A stretch of DNA of 64,000 nt from Raillietiella orientalis (GCA_036172245.1 JAYWIR010000024.1:3038001-3102000), one strand, 5' to 3'. Counted from the stretch's first letter, positions 22,979-36,700 are shown. Numbers and translations: made by a program. Notes: a model not told the origin generated them from the letters alone.

Positions 22979-24327
22979 CCTAAGCGTGGCTCCACTCTCT
23001 CCGTGAAATCCCAATCTCCATCAGCTTCGCGGGTGCTGGGAAACTTGGATTCAATGTGCTTCGGTTTCCGAGGAGATCGCTCCGGAATCGGAGGCTGCAT
23101 GCCTCTGAATGCCATGCTTGACGGGGCTACTCTTGGGGCTGTTCACTGAATTCAACGTGGCGTCTGGGGGGCTAGGCAAAACTCGGTGGGAGTTTGTCTG
23201 GAGGGCAGGCGGAGTAGGTCCGTGACGATAGGTGGAACATCACGGGAAGCCCCGAGCGATCATCAGCGCCCTTCCTTCCGGTTCCGGTACGTGGGAATGC
23301 TCTTCGCGCTTCCCGTCGCCGACTGGCGAGTGCCTCCGCTGGCGGATGGGGTCGCAGCACAGCGCTTTCTGGAAGCGAACTCGCGTCGGTCGTTTCTCGC
23401 TGCTGGACTGATTCCACCGAGAGGGCTGCTCCCGACGTGCGTGCTGGGAGCCGCTTCGGCACCGGCTGGCAACGACTTCATCTCGGGAGAATTCCCGAAG
23501 GTTTCTCTGGAGGTGGAGGGTCTCCGTGACTCCAGCTCGTGCGTCCGGAGAGTTATCTAGGTCTTTGGGGCGTTCAACTCCATTCCAGGCCTGGTTCATC
23601 TGGTGGTACACTTTGATGCATTTGGGAAGCGCAAGCGTGAGCATCTCATCATTCGGACGAAAGTACGACACCACTTGATAACAACGTGAAGAACTTCGAT
23701 GGTGATTCTCCTGGGGGTTTTGATTCCATCTCTGGAGGATTCTAGAAAACAAGCCAACTGTGATCAGCTCAAGCATTCGGAAGGAAAAGTCCATTCCCTC
23801 TGAAGAAACCCAAGGGACTTCCCGAATTTGCCGTGAGTCGAGGCAACAACACCTACAGCTCGCCATTTTTCCAGCTGTTGTGTCGCTGGCGATGTCGTTG
23901 ACCGATGCTGCGGGTTTCGCAGGGAACTGCAGCGCCTGCCGTGGCGGTCTTCCAGAGGAAAGTTGCCGGCAGCTGCTTCGCCTATTTAAGGGCAGGGTAG
24001 CACCTGACTTTCTAGTGGCTCCAGAGGATCGGGTTCTTCACTGCACTCCGGGAGTTTTCTCGTTTGCAAGAAGCTGGACTCGAGGGGACCACACACTGAC
24101 GCATCGAAGGGTTTGCTGTTCCCCTGATCCACTAATCTCAGCTCCCTACGGAGGGGCTCAAACCCGCGTCTTCCTACCTCCTGGAAAGGAGAACAGAGGA
24201 ATGGAAGCAGAAAACTCTGTTTGAGGATACCATGTACCAGGGAGGAAATTGCGAGAAGACCCGTCCGCGAACCCCCTAAGCGAGAACGGGTGAAATTCTG
24301 AGAGCAGAGAGACCACCGCAGTCTGCA

Positions 24328-24960
24328 TTGTTGGCCGCGTAGCTGTGGTCTCTAAGCGTGTGGCACCCAGTGTTGCGGGTTCCGGGGAAGGATGGGTGCC
24401 GAGAAAGATGGGGTGCGTCGTAATTTTCGATTCCTCCCATCAGGATGACACTGGTTGGCCTGGAGGCCTCAGGTGCTTCACTAGCGGAAGCCGGATGCCT
24501 CTGTTAACTGGTCGGGATTAGAAGTTGATCCTCCGGGGTTCTTCCAGGAATCAAGGAGCCCTTCGGGGTTCCCTCCGGTTGTTAAGATGAAGCCATCTTC
24601 CACCGTGTGCATAGAGCTGGTTAATACCCCTCTAAGCGGGCTGCTCTCCAGAGTGTCAGATGTGCGCTTTTCAGTGAAATAGGGAAGCATCCCTTCGGGG
24701 TTCTCTTCAGAGGAGGGAACAAGGAGCGGTTTCCTTGCGGATTCCCTCCGAAGAAGAACTCTCAGGAGCGGATCCTTTCCTAGTTCCCTTTGGATAAGAA
24801 ACAATGGAGCACTGGAGGGTCCCTCCGAGGAGAATAAGGAGGAGGTTCTTTTCGGAGACAGCCTGAGGAAGGGGTTCTCCCACCAAGCGTAAGACGAACG
24901 GATTCCTTCCTCGGGAGCCTTCCTGGATTCAGTTCGGAGCTTTCCGAATGGAAACTCCAT
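24328..24960 (+). mobile_element. tRNA-headed SINE-like repeat, copy S2
   Basis: Degenerate head, then family body motifs cttccaggaatcaaggagcc and acaaggagcggtttcctt. Confidence 0.75.
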
Positions 24961-25128
24961 GAAAGGAAATGCAGGCCTGGAAAGTATTTTGATGTTTCCC
25001 TCTGACGGGAAGACGCAGCGGCGTGACTGGGTCTGACCCTCTGTTGCAGCCTGTTGCGCGGGAAACCCCACTAGTCATGGAGAAGAATGCTGCATGCTGC
25101 TGCTGTTAGTTGGAAGGAAGGCATGTAC

Positions 25129-25343
25129 CGGTATGATGGGAGATGAGGAGTACACCAACTCCTGTGGTAGAATATTCAGAAGCTCATCACACAGAAGCGG
25201 AGCTTTCGAGAGAGCTCTGGGGGTTGTCGCGTCGGCCAGCCAGCCCACCAGCCAACAGCTTCGTTACCCCTGCCATGGGGTGCAGGGAAGCTCCCATCCA
25301 TCTGGTTTGCAATTGTCGTTCCTCTCGCATACAGAGGGCAGCA
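25129..25343 (-). CDS. Two small Cys/Trp-rich exons (25343-25268, 25161-25129) of an unidentified gene
   Basis: 106-nt phase-compatible intron GTAACG...CACAG. Peptide LPSVCERNDNCKPDGWELPCTPWQ-G-SWCTPHLPSY, followed by donor GTACAT. Confidence 0.4.
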
Positions 25344-26542
25344 CTGCAGCTGAGGGAGTGGCGGTGACTACTGCTAGGGACTGGGAAGACCATTTCCAAG
25401 TCGGCTCTCCCAAGAAGCAGGTCGGGGACGAAACGACTCCGGGTTAGCCCTCCTTCCAGCCCACTGCCTCTCATCTCTGCACATGAAATTTTGGCCCTCG
25501 GACACGTTGACTCATTTCCAGCAGTCCGACAGTCTGTTTCAGGGCTAGCTCGAGCTGCCCATCCCTGACTCGAGGAAGCGGAGACGCCAATCCCTCGAAG
25601 CCGAACGTCGACGTCTTCGGGAACATATGGAACATAACACTTTTACTTGTTGACCCTGAAACATTTATTAAAAAACCCACAAGCCAGTAGGGAACAGCGT
25701 CCCGTGAATACAAGAGACGCCCCCTCTTCCATCCAAAAAACACACACAAAAAACAGAAGTTTATTTGGAGATGACCATCGGCACGTATGCCGGCTCCTAA
25801 AACAGTAGGGAAAGGAGGGAGGGGACAACAAATAAAAAAAAAAAAGACGGGAGGGTAGGAACAGGGGTCTTTGGTTTTCTTCCTTCCTTTCTCTCTAGAA
25901 GTGGCTGTAAATGGTGGCAGTTTCATGGATGACCTCTTCTGGAAGATGAGGCCACCTTGTAGCCGTCCTCATGAAGGTGGCAGCCATGCTTGTGGTAACT
26001 TTTCGCTGCGAACGTGACTCCAGCACATGACTGACTGTCAATATGATTGGGTTAGCCACAGATGGCTGCTATCGCGGCGTCCGTCTTCAGCTCTCCTTGA
26101 GTGACGATGCACCACAACAAGCCCGAAACAGTGGCCTGAGGATGACGGACGCCACATGTCCTCACCTGGACACAAATGGAAACACAAGGAACTGCAGGCC
26201 AACAGGAGGTGCGGAATCGATTCCGTCGCCTGGAACAGTTCGGGGAGCTTCAACTCTCCTGAGAACCAGGTTCCTGCGATGATCGCACTGGAATTCCCGG
26301 TGTGTAAACAGCACAACAGGCACTTCCTCCTTGGCTTTCCCCTCCCTGGTCAGAAGAGAATCCAGGATTCTCTTGACCTGTCCGTGACTCGCGTTGTTGC
26401 AACTGCCACTATGTGCTGGCGAGGAACAGGTTGGTCTCCGTGGTTCGTCCGGGAATGGAGCGGGAACAGGGAAGTGTCCTCACACAGAGAGGGAACCGGG
26501 AGGTCCTTGGAGGGCACACCATTCAGGTCCAAGAAAAAGAAA

Positions 26543-27938
26543 ACTCCTGAGAATCTCCCTGTGGGGTAGAGGAAGGCAGCGAGTCCTCTTGAAACACTTG
26601 TGCGCTATGCATCGCGACGGAGGCCTCGGCCCCGTGACGCTGGATCGCCTGGAGCGGTAGCTCCGGTGGTGGACACTTGCCCTAGTGACGAAGCTTTGGA
26701 GCAGGAACTGGCACGAGCCCGCACGCTGACTGGTCAAGCGAGCCACCGGCTACGCGGGACGGTCTTCGTTCTTGGAGCGGCGGCGCAGACCCAACGTGTC
26801 CAGCTGCAGACCGGAGCTCCGGCCACTGGCCGAGCTGACCAGGACCAACTACTGGGTCTTCTTTCAGACCGCGAGAGGTGGTTCCTGGTTGCAGGAAACC
26901 GTCCGAACATGGAAAACACAAAAACAACGAAGCGAGCCTGAGGCTGCGGCAGCGAATGCTGCACTCCTCCAACAAGAACCGCTTGCTGCAGGACGTCATC
27001 GTGCAGCCCGCCACGCGTGCGTGGGCGCAAAGAACCTCCCTTGTCGCGGCCCCGCCCTCCCTCAGGTAGCACCTGGGCAGTAACCAGACGGCCAAATGGA
27101 TGGTCAGTTGCGCAATAGACAATTGAACGAAGGAATTAGGTGGTTGTTCTTCGGGCCTGTTCACGGACGCTTCAATCCCAAGTGTCCCATCGAAGGGACC
27201 ATTGAGCTGGGACGAGCTGCTGGAAATCTCACAGGAAGACATGGAAGCTGGTCTCCGCCACACGCTGAAGAACAACCACACCCTCCCCCTGAATTGTCGG
27301 CATTTCTTTTGTTGCATGGGGATCTCTCGTGCAAGGTCCGCTGCTCTCACTGGACCCGGGGAGCGGCGGACCCAAACCGCTGCAGGTGCGGGGAACGGGA
27401 ATCGCTCCCGCATCTGCTTGTAGACTGTTTCCTTCAGGCACTTGTGATTGCCCTTGGTGCACCGGCCGACAATTCCAGGGACTTGATGAAGCGCCTCTTT
27501 GTGCGCGATGCCCATTCGCCCTCCGCATCTCCAGGAACTCTTTGCTGCCTACGTGGGATTGTGGGGCTACGCGAGAGGAGGACGAAATGAGAGGGACGCC
27601 ATCTGCTTCGCCCTGCGCTTCCCGCGGACGGCAACAAGATGGCCCTACCTGAGGCATACTCGGATGTAACTTGCGAGCATCCTGGAAAGAGTGCAGAGAA
27701 CGCCGTCCAGCGGACAGTGATGCTTTCCCTAACCCTCCCATTTTTTGGTATATATTTTTTTGTTTTATTTTTATTTTTGTTTGCTCCGTCCCCCTCTGCT
27801 GCCAAGGCGAATTTCGCCGGCCTGCGTGCAGGTTACTCTGCAGGTTCCGAACATTTTCAGACAATGTAAGGCCGATGACCCTATACATGTATGTTTATTT
27901 CTTTTTATAATAGAGGTTCCGACGTGACGGTGGTAAAC
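26543..27938 (+). mobile_element. L1/Tx1-like LINE 3' fragment, copy D (diverged)
   Basis: LRISLWGRGRQRVLLKHLCAMHRDGGLG ... HWTRGAADPNRCRCGERESLPHLLVDC. 3'UTR similar to copy H. Confidence 0.9.
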
Positions 27939-30900
27939 CAAGCAGGTCACCCCGCGTGAGACGTTCTACGGACAGCCGTTCCCGGATTTTCCCTTGCTTT
28001 CTCCCTCTCCTCTTTCCGTGTCAGGAATTGACTGGTGCGGTGGGAATCCAGGAAGACAAAACAGCGGCGGTGCAGGGAGCAGTCAGCTTTTTCCTGGAGG
28101 ATTTCGTCCCCGTTAGTTCACCCCGGAGAGTGGCGTGCCGGTCCGTCCTCACTCGTTTATTTGCAGACTTCCCTCCATTCCTCCCTAGTTCCGACACCTT
28201 AGTGAAAGCGGTTCCTTCCGACATCCTACTCTCCGTCTTCCCGTCTCTTCCGACATCCTACTCTCCGTCTTCCCGTCTCTTCCCACTCCTCCCAGGAGAC
28301 GAGACAGGTTCCTGGGGAGTCATCCCAGCACGCGCTTCTCTCGTTTCCTCCTGGAGCCACTTCTCTTTCTGGAGCTCCCCGCCAGTCCCTTCGGGACCTC
28401 CTGCTATTATACAACCATTCGCGTCCCAGGATCTTCTAGCTACTGAGGGTTTCCCCCTATGGAGGCGGACCGGGAGATATCTTTCTGATGACCCCTCACC
28501 TCCTCCTTCCCTTCCTTCGGAGCTGCCTCTTCTGGTCGAGTCAACCCCGCGAACGCTTCCGGTCTTCGAGTATTTGGTCTCCCTTGGATACGCGAAGAGA
28601 CCACGCGGTCTCTCCGAGCTGCCTTCTGCTCTCCCGAAAGCTCCGGACGTGCTCCAGCCCCGAACCTACTCCCGGGACGGGCACGACAGGACGCGCCGGT
28701 TCCTACGCCTTTGATCACCCCACTTTCCCAACGGCGTGTGGGCCGCGCTCTCGCCGGGTTCCGCTTTCGCTCCCGCGCTCCTTCGGTATCCCGTTTCCTT
28801 CCCACCCCTCGTTCCAAGAAAGGTCCGGGGGGCCTGCTAGGAAGACGAGACGTCGCCTGAGGTTTCCTCTGTTGGTCTCTCCACGGAGAGGATTCTCCCG
28901 TCGCGTGCCAGAGCTGCTCCCGTTTCCGGGATTCGTGACATTCCAGCCGCACTTCATTTAACCAGCGATGTCCCGGGCTTTCCAAAGGGAGGTCTCTTCG
29001 GTCAGGGAACCTCAGCTCAGGTTGCTGTGGAACACAGGAACGGGTCGTTTCCATAGCGAATCAGCGAGAGGGTTCCTCGGAAAACACTCGAAACACCGAA
29101 CACCTCTCTCCAGGAGTGATTTTCTCTAGGAAGCCTGGATCTTCCTTCCTCTAGAGGGAAAATTCCTCTCCCTTCCCCCTCCTCTGCCCAGAATGAGTCA
29201 TCGATTTTGACACTAGAGGGGAAGGAGGGAATACGAATCGTACCCACCTCCAGGTTTCCATTCATTAGCGCGGAAATGAAGGAGAAACACACACAAATCA
29301 TCCCGGGTGAGAAAATCACCTCTTGGTCGTGCTGAGCGCGAGCGCGCGCGCACATGCGTGACCGCACGAAGAAGCGCCTTCCTTCCCTGAACGAGTCCTC
29401 CTTGCTCTCGAAATCTCAGAAGGAATCGTCTCCGGGACTAGGAGGGGGAACCTCGTCCGGACCTCAAGGTCCGCCGGAGGAGGAATCGGCCACGTCGCCG
29501 CCTTACGCCCCACGCGGCCAGAAGCCCTCCCCACACCGGGAGGCGAGTGGAGATGCACATCTGAGCGGCCGGCGACTTCGTCGCTCGACCGGGGGGCGGG
29601 GAGGAGGCGACGCTAAGAGATGACGTCATGTGACTCTCTCTCTCTCTTTTTCTTCGTGACCAAACAAAACCGTATTTGGTGCACCGCCCTCGGGTGCAGC
29701 CGACATTGTCTGATTAGAGGAACATCTGGGAATCGGGATGCTTGCGGTAGCTCCTTGTGAGGCAGAAGAGGGAGGCGGCTTGCTTACCTACAGGCCCACC
29801 TTCTGTTCCACTCACCGATGCTTCCTGCCTGGATCTTTAAACGCCCGTAGAATTTCTTCGGTGCCTCAAGGCAGCAGCAGTCTCGGTTTCCGAGCTGGGC
29901 GTCGAGGCCGACAGAGAGTCCAGGCAGACCGCTCCCTTCGCGGGAATCAATCAACCGCTCTTTCCCATCCCTGTAAGAGGACTTGCGGAGAGGGCCGTTT
30001 CTCCTCCCGCTGACGGAGCAGCGCTCCCCTTCAGCGCCGTCGTCGAAGTTGCCGTGTCCTCCCAAGCAGTTGAGTCTCTTCGTCGCGATCCGGAAGGCCT
30101 CGTGCTTTGGATCCTCGTCCGCCAAACCCGCCGCCAAGTGAAACCTTACTTTAAGCGCGGGGTCTCACTGACTTTTCCGCTCGCTCGTGACCACCACGGG
30201 CGAGCTCGGAAGGCAAAGAACCTTTAAGAGGTTCTCCACTTCAGACTCATCTTCTGATCCTTTGCTCATTTTGCAATTCAAGAATCCCCAGCATCAAAAT
30301 CTCTGGTCTGTTCCCCTGCGACAATAAACTTCTTCCTCTCCCGGTCCCTCCCTTTATCCACCCTCCTCCTCCTCCTTGCATCCTCGGCATCTTCCCAGCT
30401 TCGCGAATTCTCTGCACTGAGATGCGCAAGTGCGGATGAGATGACGACAGTAACCGTGGCAGAGGAGAATGGAGATCGATGATGAAATAGGAGGGGCAAG
30501 TAAACGAGCATGTAGTGTGACATAGGATTGGCCTCCTACGGGACCGTGGGTGTGGATACGTAGATGAGGGGTGAATGATGAGGGATGTGATTTGATGTAG
30601 AGATGCAGGTGAAGTGATGATGCACGAGATGTGGATTGCCTCATCCTTAGAGTGAAGTCGGCGCGCGCGACAAGCCGTCCAAGACGCTGCTCATTCTCAC
30701 GAGAAGGTGACGAGGGAGTCGGAAAGCCCTGCTAAGACAAAAGCAGCTCTGGAGTGACCGAATCCAAGCCTCCTCTGGATGTCTGTTGCTTGACTTCGCC
30801 CCCGCTCTGCTTCGCCCTCACGATGATCCTTCCAGGAGCTCGCATAGCAAGATCTCGTTCCATTTTGACCGGGTCAGAGTCTCTGGCACACTGCTGTTTC

Positions 30901-31049
30901 CCATTTTGTCCCTGAATACTGAGATGGCTACCAAAACTGGGAATCATCTTCGTATTCATCTTCGAATCCACGGAAGAGATTGCAAAGGACAGCCTCTAAG
31001 TCAGAATGGGGACCCGACCGTGCGTAGGGCACAGATCGAATCCTTGTTC

Positions 31050-31895
31050 CCTCTAGCTGCCGCATGGCTGCGGTCTCCGCGCTTGTGGGGACCACGCGTT
31101 GAGGGTTTGAATCCCCACTTGGAGTTTCGACGCTGAGAAATGAGCACGTTCTCGTCTTCCCGCAGGGAGACGCTGGCTGGTCTGTAGACTCGCCTTGGAG
31201 GCAGCACTAATGGAAACCGGATGCCTTGGTTGGCCGGTCAGGATTGCAAGTTGACCCTCCGCGGTCCCTTCCAGGAATCAGGAAGTGCCAGTTGCCTTCA
31301 AGATTATCCGTCAGTTGTGAAGATGGAGCCGTCCACCCCCTCGTGTTCCATGGAGCTCTTTAATACCCTTCTCGAGGGGTCTCCTCTCCAGAGTGCAGGA
31401 CGCGCGCTGCTCCCTTCGGGGAGCAACTCTTCATACAAATTTGGAAGCGTCCCTTCACGGTCCTCTGCAGGGAGCGGAGCTTAACAAGGAGCGGTTCCCT
31501 TGCGGATACCCTCTATATAAGAGGAAATTCCAGGAGCAGATCCCTTGTGGTTACCCTTGGGAGGAGAAATGAGGAGTGGCTTCCTCCCTCCGAAGAACCC
31601 ACCCGGAGAGAAAAAGGAAGAGATCCCTTTCGGGGATTCCTATTAAGCGTAATAGGTACGGACTCCTTCCTCTGGAACCTAACTGGATTTGTAGGATGGT
31701 CCCTTCCTGGGGTACCTTCTCTAACTGGAAGAGTTAACGCGTACCCTCGGGTGGTGTGGACAATGTCAAAGAGCTTCGTGAGCCTCCGCTGAGGATGCGA
31801 ACGGTTCTTCAGCAATTGGAGAATAAAAAATAAAAGAAAACCAGAAAAGAAAAAATCTGGAAGGAAAGCAGCGAAAGCAGAGGAACCCCGAAAAA
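31050..31895 (+). mobile_element. tRNA-headed SINE-like repeat, copy S3 (most complete, ~850 bp)
   Basis: B box GGTTTGAATCC at 31104-31114. Body and A-rich 3' part (aaagaaaaaatctggaagg) are shared with copy S6. Confidence 0.78.
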
Positions 31896-33150
31896 TCCTG
31901 TTGCACGCCAGCACGGTATCTCGCTAAGAGCGCAACCGACCTCGAGGGACTCGCATCCTTCCTCGCCGCTCGCGAGATTGCTGAGACGTAGCGGATACCA
32001 ACTCCGCCTGATGATATCCCTGGTGAAGGAGAACAATTGGATCTCCTGCCCCCCCCGCGAACCGCACTGTCTGGCTCCAGGAGTGGGTCGTTGCATGGAG
32101 GAAGATCCACGGCGCGCGAGCGAGGCGGGGTGCACCTGCCTGCGACGAGGCATCGACGCTCGCAAGTCGCTGGAGGAGTTCGTCCGCAGTCCGCAGAAGT
32201 TGCAGTAGACCTCATCTACCCCCCTTGCTCCAGTTCTGCCCTCTCTAAGGGACGCAGAGGACAGCGTAATCCCGGCAAGGTGCTGCACATCAGCCAAGAG
32301 TATTGAAGGCGTGGACAACTCGGAGAGTGATGGCCTCTGTGACCCCGAGTGTCCCGCCCCAAGGCTTCTACGCCAGGGAGAGCTACTTGGCATCCCTCCA
32401 GAGGAAGTGAAGCGGTCCCCAGAGTTCTGGAACAGTGGCGCCTCCCCCCTCAAGTGGGCAGGAGTTGGCGTTGCTGGTGCTGCATGGGAGGAATCCCGTG
32501 CGAAGCGCACCCTAGCCACTGGACACGGGAGGATCGTGGACGCTAAGTGAGACAGGTGAGGGAAGAATGAGACCCTCCAGCACCTGCTGTTGGACTGTAC
32601 CCATCCTCCCATCCCTTTGGGATCTCTTCGCGACGATCCTAGGAACCCCGGCGGGCGGCCCCAGGGTTCAACCATTTTTAAACGCCTCTTCGCGCGTGCC
32701 GCTCTGCTGCCAGCAGCGCCCCTAACAGTTCCCTGCTGCTTCCGCGGAATCGTTGCAGCCTGGAACGCGGGAAGAAGGACTAGAATGGCAAAGACGCCAT
32801 CCACTGGGCGCGAATCTTTCTGAAGACCTTCGAGATGGTTCACCTGAACGAGACACGAACGGAACTTGCCAGCATCCTGCACAGGATGCAGAGAACGCTT
32901 GGCAGCGTGCTGTGGTCCCTTCCTCGGTTCCTCCTCCCCTTCCCCATGTATAATTTCCCCTCCCCTGTTTTGTTTGTTTATTTTTTTGTTTTTTGTTTCC
33001 CCTTCCCCACGCTACCGAAGCGGACCTCGCCGATGTGCGAACTGGCCTTCGGCAGGTTCGTTGCACGTGGTAGAGCCAAGGGTTCGACCACACCAATGTA
33101 TTTTTATTGCTTTATGTAATAAAATGCTCCGGCATAACCGGGTGATAATC
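31896..33150 (+). mobile_element. L1/Tx1-like LINE 3' fragment, copy E
   Basis: SCCTPARYLAKSATDLEGLASFLAAR aligns to SWCEPARRLVQRASGCAGLSTFLARR of copies A/I. Also ETLQHLLLDC and the terminal CCGG-CATAA-CCGG hairpin. Confidence 0.88.
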
Positions 33151-35704
33151 ATTGGGCGGGCAGCAGCAAACCGTTGCGAAGCATTCGGATGCCCGTCCTC
33201 ACGACGCGGAGGAGCTATTAGACTTTGCCCGAGGTGGTTGTGCGGTGGATCCCGTTTGCGGAGCTTTCGTAACGGTCTTCTCGCATGCCTTCGATTCCCT
33301 TCCCAAGAGTTCGTGGACTGCGAAGCTCGACGGGTCGAGTATAGACGAACCCTGGAAAACAAGTCCTTAGGGCCGGCGTCGTCCGATGGGAGACCGCAGG
33401 TCTATCGGGAGCATATCCGCGGGAATCGCAAGCGCCGAGACCGGGCGACCATTCACATCTAGGACAGCACTTCCTCTAGTGGCTCCCAATCACAAGACAG
33501 TGGGTTTTCAAAAAAGAGAAAAGAAAAAACATCAAAGGGTACTGGTCTCGAAATCTTCCCGAGACCAGGCATATGCTTCACACTCCTGATGACCGGTTTC
33601 GTTCTAGCATCTCAGGATTTTCTTCAGAATTTGGGGTTCGTCCCCTCAGCGCGAAGATGAAGCGAGTTTCGTCTCACACTTGGCATTCGGGAGTCTTTGC
33701 CTGCCGTCTTCCTCAAGAACTTTTTCAGGTACATTCTCAGCGTATCCGTGTTGAAACCATCCTTCTCTGAAGAGGTCCGTTTCTTGCCTGGAGGGAGAGC
33801 CTAAGACGTCACTTCAGAGAAACCACGCCCATAACTTCGTTTTCGATTCTCCCGATTTCCGTTCTTTAGGGCAGTGCCCAGGTCATTTCGAATAAAGTCG
33901 GTGCGAGTTTCCGAGCACCCGAAAACTTGCCACTGCATTCACTTGCAAGATGCAACGAGAACCTTCCAGAAATTCACGCCTACGAAGTGCCAGGGTGATA
34001 AAGAAAAAGGGGATGGGGGAGGAAGGCTTTCTGGATTGGATGGAATGCGGAGACCGGGGTCTCAGGGCGCGAGGAAAGGTGCTGTAGCCGCCGAAAGGAA
34101 TTGGTACGCTGCTTAGTGATTTCGATCTGAGCGTGCCGGAAGATGGATTGGTGATAACAAAAAGCCACCCGAATTTCCACCTCGGATGGCCTTTCCTCTG
34201 GAAGAATGCGTGGGTTTGGAAGATCTTCCTTCTCCTTGCTTCGCCCCATCACGAGTAGATTCGTGGGCGAGACGAAATCAGATCCGAGACGACAGTGCCC
34301 TGCAGAGACTAGACGTGAGTCCTTTCAAGTGGATCTTTCGCTCTCTTCCGGCTTTCGAAGCGCAGCATGCGTTGCACCTCGGAGCCAGCGAGGTCCTACG
34401 AAAATTGGAGAACTGCCACATTAGAGAACAGCGTCAAGAGTTGCCCACCTGTTGCTCCTTGCCAGAGGCTGGAGAAAAGGCACTTTAATGGCTGACGGGA
34501 TTTCCATCGATCGGTGTCACTGCCCGCGGAAGTTGCAGCTGTTGGCGGAGCCGAATGAACTTCCGTAGAGGTCGAACTGGTGCCGCCGTGTTGGCATCCC
34601 TTGCTCCCAGTCGGTTCTGTTACGAAGCAGCACGCCTTCCTCAAGTTTCCAAAATTTCCTCTTCGGCGTATTCTGTTCTTCTTGCGAGAATGGAATAGAA
34701 GAGGTGGGAAACGACTAAATGCGCTTGGAGGGAACCAAATCTGGAAGCACGCATCAGTTCCTGCTTCACCTGATGGACCCAAACGGACGGGATCCTCATC
34801 GTTTTTGTTTTTATTCTTCTCTTTTTTCTCGTTTCTTTTTTTTTTTCGATTTGGTCAGAAGCCGCTGCTTCGCCGCGCACCCGACGTGCTCCAGTGCTCC
34901 CGAACGATGCGTCTCGTTCTGTCAGTCACCTGCAAGCATCGTTGCATTCTGCAAGCACCTTTCTTGTTTCGTTTGATCTCTCCATCCATTTCGAATTCAT
35001 GGGAGGACGATTCTTTGTGTCTACCAATTCGAACGGCTAAGCTTGACAGCAGCGAGGAACAATTTCTTGGAGGTAGGGAACAGGGCAGAGCAGGTAGCAC
35101 AATGGTATTTGCTGGCATTTGAGTTCTCTTCGACTCAGGATTTTGTGCACACTTTCGGAACCGAGGCGTCTCAGCTTCTGTATCGTGCATGCTTGTGTGG
35201 AATGTTGAAGGCTTCTTTCAGTGGAGATGTTTCTTAGCCGTCGAATGCTTCTTCGATATGCGTCCCTCCCCCCCTCCCCGAGAAAAATTCCCTTGAGAAG
35301 CAGAGAGGCGGAATGCCTAAAATGCGCACGCACTCGTGCACGCAAGAGATGAAGTTTTCCGATTCCCATGGCCGATCTTCTTATTAATCTTCGGACGATA
35401 GCCGACCCGAAGAGGCCTCTCCATGACCACGGGTTTCAAACGATCATTTAAAAGTGACTTTTACTTTCCAGAGAGCATCCTTCGGGAAACGTCTGGACAT
35501 CCAAATCAAATTATTTCTCACTGGAGAAGCGGAACTTTGCCTGCAGAGCCAGCAACAAAAATATGAACAGTAATGACCCCAGGTCTTGACGTGGCATTTT
35601 TTTTTTTTTTTTTGCAGCCATAAACAAAACTACAACAGCCATGAGAAACCATTTTGCAGCAATTGACCGCATGAGAAATCAGCTGCAGGCCGCAGTTTTA
35701 TATA

Positions 35705-36700
35705 CGAGGTGCATCGCAAAAGTAAGGGCGGATGGGATATAAAGAAAGAACAAATGAGAGAAGCAAAAATGCATTGGTGGTTCTAAACACATACATCCCC
35801 ATGTCAATTCTCTACGCAGTCACCATTTTTTTTTCTTCAAACACTTTCTCTCTTCCACTCCCCCTCACTTTCCTCGAACCGTTGAGCCACTTCTTGAGAT
35901 GCAGGAAGACGTGGTAGCCGCTGGGCACGAGATCAGGACTGGGTGATCAAAAAGTTCCCATTTGAATCTCTGAATGGTCTGGGATGTGCAGACACGGCAG
36001 TGTGTGGGACCAAAAGGGTGTGCTTTTGAAGGGTGGACTTTATGGAGCGTGGAGCAACCATCACTTCCCAAGTCCACCGTGAAACACTTTCCAAACTGCG
36101 GCTCTTAGTGGACTCTGGTATCCAGTAACCGCAGAGTGCCAGGGAACCACCTCCACCCTAAAACCAGATGTAGTTTTAGAGAAAAGCGATCGAATAGGTG
36201 TGCTGGACATCTCCTGCCTATTTGAAAACGGAAAGGAGGCGTTCACCACGTCTAGAAAAACAAAGGAGACCAGATACCATGATGCCTCCGTGCAACTTGG
36301 AAACACTGGGAAAACAACCAAAGTGCAGGCGATCCTTATCGGCCCACTTGGAGCATCGGATTCCGAAAACGAAAACGTTCTACGATACATAGGAATTCCG
36401 AAAAAGAAGCTGATAAGGATACGGCAGCGGAAGGTAGCCACCTGCATCCGCTTCTCAAGTAGCATCTATGCAACACATGTAAGAAGAAAAAATGCAGCCC
36501 AACCAGATGACCTGGACAATGCTCTCGCCCCGGAAGAGAACACTGAGGAACCGTGAAGAACACGGAGGAAACATCATTCGTGAAAGATTCTCCAGAGCCA
36601 TTCCAGCAATAGTTGTTGTAATAACCCCAATGCTCAATAAGTTTCCCTCATTTGTTCTTTCTTTATATCCCATCCCCCCTTACTTTTGACATGCGACTCG
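35705..36700 (-). mobile_element. Internally deleted mariner DNA transposon
   Basis: TA flanks at 35703-35704 and 36701-36702. ~54-bp TIRs CGAG....AAAAGTAAGGG.GGATGGGATATAAAGAAAGAACAAATGAG. Minus-strand transposase remnants TSQTIQRFKWELFDHP/SPDLVPSGYHVFLHLKKWLNG and C-terminal KCLKKKNGDCVEN* (stop 35804-35806). Confidence 0.93.

Noticed and set aside
33385..33397. GATGGGAGACCGC match to 5S rRNA internal promoter region
   Set aside because: Surrounding sequence does not align to 5S.
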